DNA of 64,000 nucleotides from Promethearchaeota archaeon (GTDB taxonomy: Archaea; Asgardarchaeota; Lokiarchaeia; Sigyniarchaeales; SOKP01), in assembly GCA_016840165.1 (NCBI GenBank), contig JAEOSU010000080.1, forward strand, positions 64,001 through 128,000, read 5' to 3'. The translations under genes and the position numbers were made by a program. The notes under the pieces were generated by a model. That model saw only the letters and a program-made list of their open reading frames with translations. It had not been told where the DNA came from and ran no database searches. Below are positions 10,615 to 21,000 of the stretch, piece after piece. The first letter of the stretch is position 1; each line of letters opens with the position of its first letter.

Positions 10615-10765
10615 AAATTTTCTCGGGTCAACCTTGAATTATCTAAAATAATTAAAACACTTAATAAAAATTTATTATATTTTTTTCTTTATTTCAAAAT
10701 AAACCTTAATATTTCTGTTAATTTATATTATTATAATTATTGAAATATTATTAAGTGATTTAAAG

Positions 10766-10975
10766 ATGTCCTCACAAAGAGCTCAATCAAGACGGAAAAA
10801 AAGAAGAAGTGGAAATGCTCCTATGCCTTTAGCAGGCGCGGGATTAATGCGGTTTTTTGAAGATAGTTCGATTGGTATAAAAGTAGGACCTGTTGCAACA
10901 GTTATATTTGCTTTAGCCTTAATTCTAGTTGTGGTTTTCGCTTGGTTAGGTATCTTTAATTGGATTTTTACTTAA
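10766..10975 (+). CDS. secG: Protein translocase subunit Sec61beta (archaeal SecG)
   Basis: Basic N-terminus, AGLMRFFED-x-x-x-GIKVGP motif and one C-terminal TM. Confidence 0.92.
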   Translation: MSSQRAQSRRKKRRSGNAPMPLAGAGLMRFFEDSSIGIKVGPVATVIFALALILVVVFAWLGIFNWIFT

Positions 10976-10995
10976 TCTGTAATTATTTTTTAATT

Positions 10996-11286
10996 ATGAG
11001 ATTTTCAGAATTTCAAACATTAATTAAAGAGCTTTATTTTGAAAAAGATCATACCAGAGGAATTAAGGGCACTTTTATATGGTTAATTGAGGAAATTGGT
11101 GAACTTGCTACATTATTAAAGGAAGTAGATTTAGATGATAAAAAAATTTCAGAAGAAATAGCAGATATAATAGCATGGACTTGCTCTATCGCAAATTTAT
11201 TAAACATTGACATCGAAAAAGCCTTAATGCAAAAATATCCAAATAAATGTAGTAAGTGTAATTCGATTCCATGTAAATGTGAATAA
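10996..11286 (+). CDS. MazG-like nucleotide pyrophosphohydrolase
   Basis: WLIEEIGEL...EEIADII-x-W motif and a C-terminal CxxCxxxxCxC. ATG at 10996 is preferred over the track start, which overlaps secG. Confidence 0.85.
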   Translation: MRFSEFQTLIKELYFEKDHTRGIKGTFIWLIEEIGELATLLKEVDLDDKKISEEIADIIAWTCSIANLLNIDIEKALMQKYPNKCSKCNSIPCKCE

Positions 11287-11300
11287 ATTTTAAAAAATAA

Positions 11301-12374
11301 TCATTGATTTAAATTTATTTCTTCAATCAAATGCTCAGAACAATCTATATGGCGAATCCAATATAGATTTTTGGGTAAAATATTATATTTTGGACCATCT
11401 GGAATTTTTTCATCGAATGCAAGTTTGGTGAGAATATTTGGCATATTAGCTAATGGTATACCATATATTTTACCAGCATAAGAAAAGAAGTAACTGGTTG
11501 TGAAAAATCTTCCAGCATTTATTTCGGTCGGACATATTAATCCACTTTTATCTTCCTTCATATCGACACAGAAAATACCTGTAGCTGTTGAATCGATTGC
11601 TAATATCGCCTTAGTTGCCATTTCGTTTACCTTATCATCATGTATCGTTCTAGCTACAATTGGGGTTCCAGTGATGCCTGAAGGTGCAAGATATGGATAA
11701 ATATATTCAATGCGCTCCCTTGCTTGAGAACATACTAGTTCTCCGTTGTTAAATATACTTTGAAATGCTATATTCCTCCCCGGTAAATATTCTTGAGCTA
11801 TAAATTCCCATTTTTTACCTCTTGATTTCCAGTATTTAATCCAATTAACACCTGTTTCTATATTTTCAACGGGAGTACTCCCAGTACCTCCAGCTCCTTT
11901 TTTAGCACGTATCCATAGTTTCTCTCCTAATTCGTTGAATGCTTTTTCTATATCACTTTCAAGATGATCAAAACGAATTTCAAGTGCTCTTACAGACGGA
12001 AACATGTTTTCTTTCCAAATATCTGAACTTAAATATTTATCTTGGCAACATCTTACTGTTTCTTTTTTAGGTAAAAATGTTATAGTATCAATTTTTTCAC
12101 GATTTTCAGAAATTACTGATACTTCTACATCAGGTTGAGGATGAATTAAGTCTATATCATATTCATTAATTATTCTATTAATTGAAGGAATATAGTCTTT
12201 AGAATCAGCTCTAGGAACAAGAAACATTTTTTCAGTCCATGGGTTTGCAAACTGTAGATGGTACTTATTTATATCTGTACCATATAATCCCCTCTTCTGG
12301 TTAGCCAACTTCAAAGATTTTAAGAAATTTACTCCTGCTGGACCTCCTGCACCTGTTATTAGTATTTTCTTCAT
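11301..12374 (-). CDS. ATP-grasp enzyme (carbamoyl-phosphate-synthase-like, glycan-cluster type)
   Basis: ILITGAGGPAG, CQDKY, QEYLPG and TEINAGRF motifs. Confidence 0.8.
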   Translation of the reverse strand: MKKILITGAGGPAGVNFLKSLKLANQKRGLYGTDINKYHLQFANPWTEKMFLVPRADSKDYIPSINRIINEYDIDLIHPQPDVEVSVISENREKIDTITFLPKKETVRCCQDKYLSSDIWKENMFPSVRALEIRFDHLESDIEKAFNELGEKLWIRAKKGAGGTGSTPVENIETGVNWIKYWKSRGKKWEFIAQEYLPGRNIAFQSIFNNGELVCSQARERIEYIYPYLAPSGITGTPIVARTIHDDKVNEMATKAILAIDSTATGIFCVDMKEDKSGLICPTEINAGRFFTTSYFFSYAGKIYGIPLANMPNILTKLAFDEKIPDGPKYNILPKNLYWIRHIDCSEHLIEEINLNQ

Positions 12375-12587
12375 TATTATATAGTATTTTGAACGTATAT
12401 GTAAATTATATTAAAGAATAAAGCAAACTTTATTAATTTTGGGGATGGTTATTCATTGAGATTTGTAAAATGAAATTGAAATTACAAGGAAAAATAATTA
12501 ATAAAATCGTTAAAAATAATGTTTTAAAGCTTTTAATTTCTAAATTATTTATAAGAAATTTATCAAATAACTAATAAAGATTAGAAA

Positions 12588-13589
12588 ATGGAGATAGAAG
12601 GGAAAAAGATATTAGTAACTGGGGGAGCAGGTTTTATAGGATCTCATTTAGTAGAACGCTTCATAAAAGAAAATGTAGGAGAAATAAGAGTCTATGATAA
12701 TTTTTCAACGGGGAGAAGGAGTTCTATTGATGAAAATAAGGTAAAAATCATTGAAGGAGATATTCTAGACTTTAAAAAGCTAAATTCAACTATGAAGGAC
12801 GTTGATATTGTTTCTCATCATGCCGCTGAGTTAGAAGTATTTACCGGAATTGAAAACTCTATTCATGATTTAAAAACAAATATTGAAGGAACTTTAAACG
12901 TGCTAAACTCTGCTCTAAGTAATGGAATCAAAAAGGTTATATATGCATCATCTGGTGGAGTATATGGTCAAGCACAATATCTACCTGAGGATGAAAAGCA
13001 TCCATTAATGCCTCACTGGCCATATGGAGTTAGTAAGTTAGCTGGGGAGAAATATTGTCTCCAATACTATCTTTTACATAATTTAGCAACAGTTTCATTG
13101 CGTTATGGAATAGTTTATGGCCCAAGAGAATGGTATGGAAGAGTTTTAACTTTATTTATCAAACGAGCTTTAGAAGGTAAAGCCCCTATAATATTTGGAG
13201 CGGGAAATCAAATGAGAGATTATGTATATATCGATGATGCGGTTGAAGCTAATATTTTAGCAATTAAAAGTGAGACTGTAAATGGAAGTGTCTTTAATGT
13301 TGGTGGAGATTCATCATACTCTATCGAAAATGTTGCTAAAATCGTTATTGAGTTAATTAATCCTAACATAAAGCCAATTTATGATAATCCTGAGCCAGGA
13401 GAATCTAGTAAATATCAACCTAATAGAAGGAGATTACCGGGAGAGTTACAAGATTTTATACTTGATAGCTCTCAAATTCATAAAAAATTAGGGTATAAAC
13501 CGAAAACTAATTTTAAGGATGGAGTAAAAAAAGAAATTGAATGGATCAGAAATAATTCGATGTTTTGGAATTATAAAGCTCGTGTTTAA
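12588..13589 (+). CDS. NAD-dependent nucleotide-sugar epimerase/dehydratase
   Basis: TGGAGFIGSH, ASSGGVYG, YGVSK (YxxxK) and RDYVYIDD motifs. Confidence 0.92.
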   Translation: MEIEGKKILVTGGAGFIGSHLVERFIKENVGEIRVYDNFSTGRRSSIDENKVKIIEGDILDFKKLNSTMKDVDIVSHHAAELEVFTGIENSIHDLKTNIEGTLNVLNSALSNGIKKVIYASSGGVYGQAQYLPEDEKHPLMPHWPYGVSKLAGEKYCLQYYLLHNLATVSLRYGIVYGPREWYGRVLTLFIKRALEGKAPIIFGAGNQMRDYVYIDDAVEANILAIKSETVNGSVFNVGGDSSYSIENVAKIVIELINPNIKPIYDNPEPGESSKYQPNRRRLPGELQDFILDSSQIHKKLGYKPKTNFKDGVKKEIEWIRNNSMFWNYKARV

Positions 13590-13610
13590 TAAAGGATAAA
13601 GTGAGAAAAA

Positions 13611-14687
13611 ATGATAATTTGGTTAGATTTCTGTGAACCTAAAAGCGTAACAATGTTAAGACCTTTATATGAAAAGTTAGCAAATATTCATGATGTTTTT
13701 ATAACAGCGAGAGATTTTGATTCTACTCACTTCTTATTAGATAAATGGGGTATTGATTATATTCCTGTAGGAAAATATGGTGGAGGAACTCTAAAATTAA
13801 AGCTATTGGCATATTCTGAACGCTTATTAAAATTAACCAAAATTATTATTAAAAAAGAACCTGATTTCTTATTTTGCATAACTTCTCCAGAAGCATTGAG
13901 AATTTCATTTGGCCTTCAAATTCCAAACATAATGTTCAACGATGAACCACGATCCTACGGACCTTGTTCCACAACCTTTCCATACGTAAATCAGATTATT
14001 GTTCCTAAAACTATTCCATTAGAGTGGTATTTAAATTATGGATTAAAAGAAGAGAAAATAATAAGGTTTAATGGAATTGATGAAGTTGGTTGGTTAAATC
14101 CTAATGATTTCAAACCAAACTTAAAATATATTGAGGCACTTGATTTAAAGAAAGATAAGTATGTAGTATGTCGAACTGAACCAACTAAAGCAGGTTATTT
14201 AATAAAAAAAATGAAACCATATGAAACTCAATTAACGGAAATCTTACCAGAATTATTAAATCAAACTGATGAGACTAAATTTTTAATCTTGACAAGAAAC
14301 GAAGAACAATTCAAATTTTTAAAACAATTCTTTAATACTTATATTAAAAAAGATCAGATTCGAGTTCAGAGGGGTTTAAGTAATCTAGCTCATGTAATGT
14401 ATTTTGCAAAAGCAGTGATCTCCGGGGGAGGGACGATGGTTCGAGAATCCGCTTTATTGGGTGTTCCCTCCATAGAATTCTTTCCATTAGAAACTTATCC
14501 ACAGGAACAATTTTTAATTGATAATGGTTTTCCTCTGCAGCATATTAAGGAAACTAAACAAATTTTATCTACAGCCACAGAATTTATCATGAAAGATTTT
14601 AAGATCGATACTAAAGAGAAAGTAAGTGCATTAGAAAATCCTATTGAAATAGCACTGCGTGAATTTAATAAAAGAACAAAGGTTTGA
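13611..14687 (+). CDS. DUF354-family GT-B-fold protein
   Basis: IWLD start, ITARD and SGGGTMVRESALLGVPSI motifs. Confidence 0.8.
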   Translation: MIIWLDFCEPKSVTMLRPLYEKLANIHDVFITARDFDSTHFLLDKWGIDYIPVGKYGGGTLKLKLLAYSERLLKLTKIIIKKEPDFLFCITSPEALRISFGLQIPNIMFNDEPRSYGPCSTTFPYVNQIIVPKTIPLEWYLNYGLKEEKIIRFNGIDEVGWLNPNDFKPNLKYIEALDLKKDKYVVCRTEPTKAGYLIKKMKPYETQLTEILPELLNQTDETKFLILTRNEEQFKFLKQFFNTYIKKDQIRVQRGLSNLAHVMYFAKAVISGGGTMVRESALLGVPSIEFFPLETYPQEQFLIDNGFPLQHIKETKQILSTATEFIMKDFKIDTKEKVSALENPIEIALREFNKRTKV

Positions 14688-14689
14688 AA

Positions 14690-15346
14690 ATGAATCGACT
14701 AGAGGAATTTCTCAACAATCTAATGATTGAAAGGATCAAAAATTATACGAGAATGGAATTAATCGAAAATGTAATCGATCTTGGTGGCAAAGATGGAAAA
14801 TTTACTAAGCAAATTTCCAAGAATCTAACAGTTGTTGATTTAGATCCTCAAGAAATTTATGAAAATGTAGATTACATTAAAGCAGATATATTGCAATTTG
14901 AATCTGATAATAAATTTGATTTAGTTGTGAGTTCTGCATTTATGGAGCATTTTACTCGAGATGATGGCATAAAGATCCTTAAAAAAATAAATGAACTGCT
15001 TACGGATAATGGAATAGCATTTATTACATGCCCTAATGCTTGGAGTGTAAATAGACTTTTAGGGGAATTCATGGGTATGGGTGGTGCTTTGGAATTGTCG
15101 GACGGTGATAAAAAAGTAGGTCATAAATATCTTTATAATCTTGAGAGATTGGAAGCTATAATAAAAGAAGTATTACAGTTCATTGATTCAGGTTCCTATT
15201 TCTTTAAACCTTTGCCAGCTAATGATATGATTACCTCATTTAATGAAAGTGCCTTCAAGAGCTTTGCTTCTATAACATCAACTACTTATCCAGATTTGAA
15301 ATATTTTTTAGCTGAGATCTATGTGGTAGCTAAAAAGAAATATTAG
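14690..15346 (+). CDS. Class I SAM-dependent methyltransferase
   Basis: VIDLGGKDG motif I, FDLVVSSAFMEH and ITCPN. An alternative TTG start lies at 14684. Confidence 0.85.
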   Translation: MNRLEEFLNNLMIERIKNYTRMELIENVIDLGGKDGKFTKQISKNLTVVDLDPQEIYENVDYIKADILQFESDNKFDLVVSSAFMEHFTRDDGIKILKKINELLTDNGIAFITCPNAWSVNRLLGEFMGMGGALELSDGDKKVGHKYLYNLERLEAIIKEVLQFIDSGSYFFKPLPANDMITSFNESAFKSFASITSTTYPDLKYFLAEIYVVAKKKY

Positions 15347-16449
15347 TTCAAAAATTTTTTATAAATTTCTTCTAACCTTTTTCCAACAGCGTCCCATGAG
15401 TATCTTTTTATAAATTCTTGTGCTTTATTCACTAATTCAGATCGAAGTTTCTCATCTTTAATTAGTCTTGAAATTTCTTCACTTAAACGTTGGGGATTAT
15501 TTGGGGGAACAAATATAGCATTTTCTTCTAAAATTTCTCTAAATACATCAATAGATGAACATATTACTGGAGTTCCGCATGCAATTGCTTCTAATGGAGT
15601 TAATCCAAATCCTTCTGAAGAGTTAGAATAAGTAAGAAAAATATCTGCCATAGAATAATATAAAGGCATTTTCTCCTCAGGAATATATCCTAGAAAATGA
15701 ATATCTTTATAATCTTCTTTCCATTTATTATATTTTTTTTGCATTTGGAAATCAGGTGTACCCCCAATAACTAAATTTAAGTTATCAAAATCTTTTTTAA
15801 TTAAGTTATAGGCCTCAATAATATGATCAACACCTTTATATGATGCAATACGACCTACATATAATAAAATGGGACTGTGAATATTTAATCGATTTTTTAA
15901 ATCTTGAGCTTCTTTAGGATATGGTTTATATTTTTCTTCAATACCGTTATAAATATTATAGATTTTATCGAATCGAATATTAGGAATAAAAATTTTAAAT
16001 CTTCTTTTAATGTAATTTGAAACAGTTAGAATATATCTTGATTTTTTTGATACTAATTTAATAAGGTATTTCTCTAAAGGGATCAGAGTAAGTTTTGTTT
16101 CAAAAGGAGTAAAATCATGAATTGTTGTGATAAATTCTTTAGTACCAGAAAGAATAATAGGAAATGCAGCTTTCGGACTATTCGCATGTATAATATCAAA
16201 TCTATGAGTTCTAAGATATTGAATTACTTTATAAGTAAAATGAAATATCCAGAGAAATCTTTTTCCTATTAAATCGAATTGAACAATATCAGATTTTTTT
16301 AAATCTCTATTCCATTTGCCAGTAATTAGTTTAACATTATACCTTTTTTTTTTAAGATAATCAAAATGAGCTTTTGCAACCTTGGCTTCTCCATCTGCAG
16401 TGTCAGGGGAAACTGCCAGAGATATCAGACAAATTTTTAAATTCTTCAT
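15343..16449 (-). CDS. Glycosyltransferase family 4
   Basis: YVGRIASYKG and EGFGLTPLEAIACGTPVI motifs. Confidence 0.92.
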   Translation of the reverse strand: MKNLKICLISLAVSPDTADGEAKVAKAHFDYLKKKRYNVKLITGKWNRDLKKSDIVQFDLIGKRFLWIFHFTYKVIQYLRTHRFDIIHANSPKAAFPIILSGTKEFITTIHDFTPFETKLTLIPLEKYLIKLVSKKSRYILTVSNYIKRRFKIFIPNIRFDKIYNIYNGIEEKYKPYPKEAQDLKNRLNIHSPILLYVGRIASYKGVDHIIEAYNLIKKDFDNLNLVIGGTPDFQMQKKYNKWKEDYKDIHFLGYIPEEKMPLYYSMADIFLTYSNSSEGFGLTPLEAIACGTPVICSSIDVFREILEENAIFVPPNNPQRLSEEISRLIKDEKLRSELVNKAQEFIKRYSWDAVGKRLEEIYKKFLN

Positions 16450-16468
16450 ATTCTAATAGTATTATAAG

Positions 16469-17449
16469 TTAAGTTAATTGTTCGTATCCATCTTCAGTCA
16501 CTAACACTGTCTCTTCAGATTGAGACACATAAATTCCCTTTTCTTCTGCTAATACATAATGCGCTTTTACTTTATTAGTTCTGACTAATTCTTCAAGTCC
16601 AAATACAACACCCATTTGAAATTCTTTTGCTAGCCATCTCTCAGCAAAAGGTAATGTCTTATAATTCTTGTTAATAAATCCTAAGATCTGTTTTGATGCT
16701 TTTCTTCGTAATGGAACTCTGCCGGTATAGGGATTTAATTCATAAATATAAGACGCATTAGTAGCATGAACAGATCCCCTTCCAGTTGAAGCAAAAATTT
16801 CAATAGCAAGAACATCACCTTCCTCAATAACATCACCACCTTGAGATCCTAACTCAGGTACTTGCTTTTTCCCATGTACTTTCCATCTTTCAACTTGGTG
16901 GCCACCAAGCTCTTTGATTGGATTATATTTAAATCCTTTAACAATATTTTCTGTTTTTTTCCCAATTTCCCTGGTGTTAATTTCAGGTTTAATCATCATT
17001 TTTGCCGCTTCTAATGCTACTTGAGTAGATTGAATGATATTTTCAAGTGATTTATCATCGTTAAAGCTAACTGTAAAGGCAGTATCTACAATGTATCCCT
17101 CAATATGAACCCCTAAATCAAGTTTAACTATATCACCTGATTGGATGGCTAAATTATCATCCTTGAGAGGAGAAGTATAATGAGCAGCTATGTTATTGAT
17201 ACTTACATTAACAGGAAAAGCACACTCACCTCCTAAGTCCCTAATCTTCGTTTCAGTGGATTCTACTAAATTAAAAACATTCTCTCCTTGCTTGATTTTT
17301 GGATTTATAAATTTTTTTACTTCTTGAGCAATCTTCCCCGCTTTTTTTAATGAAGTAACTTTTAGTTTCCGTTCTTCTTCTTCTTTTTCTAATTCTTCTT
17401 TGCTCTTTTCTTTCTTTTCCTTTGAACTATCCTTTTTATTTTCATTCAT
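16469..17449 (-). CDS. map: Methionine aminopeptidase type II
   Basis: AFPVNVSINNIAAHYT, KLDLGVHIEGYIVDTAFT, GHQ and AIEIF motifs, plus the type II helical insert (LPFAERWL). Confidence 0.95.
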   Translation of the reverse strand: MNENKKDSSKEKKEKSKEELEKEEEERKLKVTSLKKAGKIAQEVKKFINPKIKQGENVFNLVESTETKIRDLGGECAFPVNVSINNIAAHYTSPLKDDNLAIQSGDIVKLDLGVHIEGYIVDTAFTVSFNDDKSLENIIQSTQVALEAAKMMIKPEINTREIGKKTENIVKGFKYNPIKELGGHQVERWKVHGKKQVPELGSQGGDVIEEGDVLAIEIFASTGRGSVHATNASYIYELNPYTGRVPLRRKASKQILGFINKNYKTLPFAERWLAKEFQMGVVFGLEELVRTNKVKAHYVLAEEKGIYVSQSEETVLVTEDGYEQLT

Positions 17450-17674
17450 CAAAATAGAGAAATGTAAAAATTGATAAAAATATTTTTTAATTAATTAATA
17501 TCAAATTTAATAGATAATTAAAAATAAATAAAGTAAAGATTAATAAATAAATAAAGTTAAATAAATAGATCAATTAAGTTATTAATCAATTACTCTTTAC
17601 AGTTATTCTAAAATAGAATAAAATATTCTACAAGTTAATCAAGCTATCCTATAAAAAAGTGGGGTTAATTACAT

Positions 17675-18046
17675 TTGTCTGAAAATATAAGCGAACTCAC
17701 TGATTTACTGAGAAAATTATCTGCGGTTAATTCTGACATAGAGGGCTCGGCAATAGTTAGTGTTCAGGGACTTCCGATATGTGACGTGTTGAGTAGAGAT
17801 GTTAATTCTGGGATAGTAAGTGCAATGTCAGCAGCAATTCAGAGTGTTTCAGAACGAGCGGTAGAGGAGCTTGATAGGGGAGATCTTAAAAGAATCCTTA
17901 TTGAGGGGGTTAATGGTATTATTATTCTTTCAAAAGCAGGAGAGAATGCGATTTTATGTACTTTGTGTAATGCTAATGCAAGTTTAGGGATGGTCTTTTT
18001 AAATATTCAAAGTGTTTCAAACCGTATTGCCGCACTTTTAGATTAA
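17675..18046 (+). CDS. Roadblock/LC7 domain protein
   Basis: IEGSAIVSVQGLPI, VSAMSAAI and LGMVF; a GGGG Shine-Dalgarno-like motif precedes the TTG start. Confidence 0.9.
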   Translation: MSENISELTDLLRKLSAVNSDIEGSAIVSVQGLPICDVLSRDVNSGIVSAMSAAIQSVSERAVEELDRGDLKRILIEGVNGIIILSKAGENAILCTLCNANASLGMVFLNIQSVSNRIAALLD

Positions 18047-18097
18047 TATTTTGATTTCAATGCGAGAGAGTGTGTTTTTTTAACCTTATGAGTCATA

Positions 18098-21000
18098 TCA
18101 TCCATTCTTTGAACCCTCATGATCATCTTTTTGCGAGTAAAGCAAGTCTGGATAGATAAAGTTAAACTCTTGACTAAATAATGTATGATTTGACCATTGC
18201 TTTTTTCGTTTACTCCAGATTAAGTTGGTGAGAGGGTTATAGTTATCAAGAATCCGATTATTGCCAATAATTGATTTCAAGAAAAAATCACCATCCACTA
18301 AATCCGTTAATATTAAATATTTCTCAACTTTGAGATATTGAAACACATATTCGAAGACTTGTAAAAATTCCGCAAGCTCACATTCGGGTAAATATAATTT
18401 AACCATCAAACCCTTAACGATGGTCTTTTTCTCATCGAATCCATGAATGTAATATTCACCTTTAATATCATATAAATGGACTAAGTTAAAATATTGAAAG
18501 ATATTCTTTAAGATGGGGAGAGCTTCACTTTTAATATTGAACAAGAAAAAGTGGATTGCTTCCTTGAATGCGAGATTTTTAAAAGTGATATAGGGCCATA
18601 CAAATTTGTTTTTGATAAGGAACTTGATCTTCTCAAATATTGATTGTGAATTAAAAGTCAACTTCTTTTTCACATCAACGGATTCACCGTTATAGACTTC
18701 AGTCAACAATTTGAATGCCCTTGTATCGGGTCCAGCATATTCTAGTCCATTTGCTTTATTTAATGCTAATCGCTTTAATTCTGAGTTTTGAAAACTATAT
18801 CTAGGATTAAAAAGCATGTTTTGAACATACATTCTAAAAGTTTTAGAGTCAAAGTACCAACCATCGGAGCCTAAATTAGTATTGAACTGAACAATTTGGG
18901 AAAATGATTCAATTTTAAACAAACAATACTCACGAAGTTTATTTTGACCCCGTAGCCAGTTAAGGTAGGAAGTATTCGGGTCATTATACGGAAAAAGATA
19001 ATTAATCAATAATGAACTGGAGCTATTGATTGAGACGTTATAGTGAATTTTTTGAAAAGTATTAGTGAGCAAGAGTTTTAAATCTATCTCTGCAAAATTA
19101 AACGGGGTAATATATAAGAAATACTGGGAGAGCCCAAACTTGTGAAATAATGGTAATAATCGAATTGAATCAATATAATGATGAAAAAATCGTTCTCTTT
19201 GGGCGATTTTATACTCTTCCATATCCGAAAAATATTCTTCAAGATGATGATTGAATTGTAACAAAAGACGCAGATCCTCCATCTCAAACGAAATATCTTC
19301 TGAACGAAGGCGAGTAAGAACCGTTTCGATAAGTGTTTTCATACCCTTATTCCTCGGCCATAATTTTATGCCATTGACTGAAATCTCAGTAAACGTGGTG
19401 GTCAGCTCGCCCAACACTTTTTGAATAAAGGTATAATATTCAGAAAATAAATCACTAGTATAGAAAAATTCTTTTTTAGTAAAATCATAAAAATCTTTTC
19501 GAGTAAAAGTTTCTAAAAATCCCGTCCATGGATAGCGTTTGAAAGATATAATATTTTCCTTGAACATACTATTCAATGCTGATAAAAAAATTACTTTTTC
19601 ATCACTTATCATATTCGGAATATATAATGACAAAGAGATATATTCTTCATCCGTTGAGAGATCAACTGTTTCATAGTAATAGATTTCTGGAAAATAGCTT
19701 TTTAGTTTTAGAATCGTCTCTTTTACCTCTAGATTACTTTTTAGGATAATATCCGGGAAATAATGAGCCATCCATGGGATGACTGTATTTATTAAATATG
19801 GTTTAAGAATCTGCGGTTCTTTTTTAATAAATTCCTCGAACAAAAGATTAATTGTTTTGTAGGATATCTCGTGAAGATTTGTCCTTGTTTGAAGCTCTCG
19901 AATACGTTCCTTCTTTACACTAATAATTTTTTCTAATGCTTCGGGCTTTGCAATGAGTTGTTTAATGGTGCTAATACTGAAGATTTTTAAGTTTGAACAA
20001 CCATTTAAGAACTTATGAAAAAATTGAAGCCGTTCTACCTCTTTGTGATATTTTTCATTAGCATTTAAATAATCTAAAAACAATTTTTTGAAGTCGTATG
20101 AATCTGTATTAATATCACTGAAGACTCCGTTAGTATCAATTAGCTGCAAAACGTTTTCTTTCTCAACAAACTCTTTAAATTGAATAATATTGAACAAATT
20201 CGATTTTTTTTCAATAATTCGAAAGTAATTGAGCCATTTTTCTAATTCCTCTATGATATAGAAAAACCCAAAATTGCGATTTCTCTCTAAAAAGCCTTGA
20301 AAATCCTTACGAAGGATGGAGGAGACGCGTAAACTCTCTAAACACTCCTCCAATTCTTTAGTGATATTATTTTGGTCAATAATAAAATCATAAAAATCCG
20401 ATTTTATTATGGAGGAAAGCTCCTTACTCCGGGAAAACCCTAATCCTATATACGAGTAAAATCGAACCCGATCCAAAATCAAAAATTTTAGAAGTGTTAA
20501 TCGGGAATTCACAAATTTGTTATGGTATTTTAGTGTAAACTCAAGTTCGTAGTCTTTTGATCCATTTTTAAGGTTTGGTTTAAGTATCTGGCCCTCTTTA
20601 TATGAGTCCAAGAAATAACGTAAATTCAAATTAAAAGTATAATTTTTTGCGAGGGAACAATATTTGTGAATAATATAGCCAGATTGTTCCATTTTATCGA
20701 GCATAGAGAGTAAATCTTTAATGTAAACCCGCGGAATTACAAAATATGAAAACATTTCTACCGCAAAATTGGTAATTGATAACTTTGGCATAACGATAAA
20801 TGGCATTTTATAGATAATTTTATCAATTTGAGCTTTATCTAACTGGGGATTGAATTTCAGACAGCACGCAATTACCGCCATATCCATTGCCTTCCAATCA
20901 GAATAATAGCTGGGAGCGATTCGACCAGACTTATTGATCCAGCGAAGATTTTTTTGAAATTTTCGGTAGCTTAACTCTGTTTTAATAATCCCTTGCTCTT

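Noticed and set aside
17453-17640. Repeated AAATAAAT-like words upstream of the roadblock gene
   Set aside because: Low-complexity AT-rich intergenic DNA with no regular repeat-spacer period; not a CRISPR array or recognisable ORB-containing origin.
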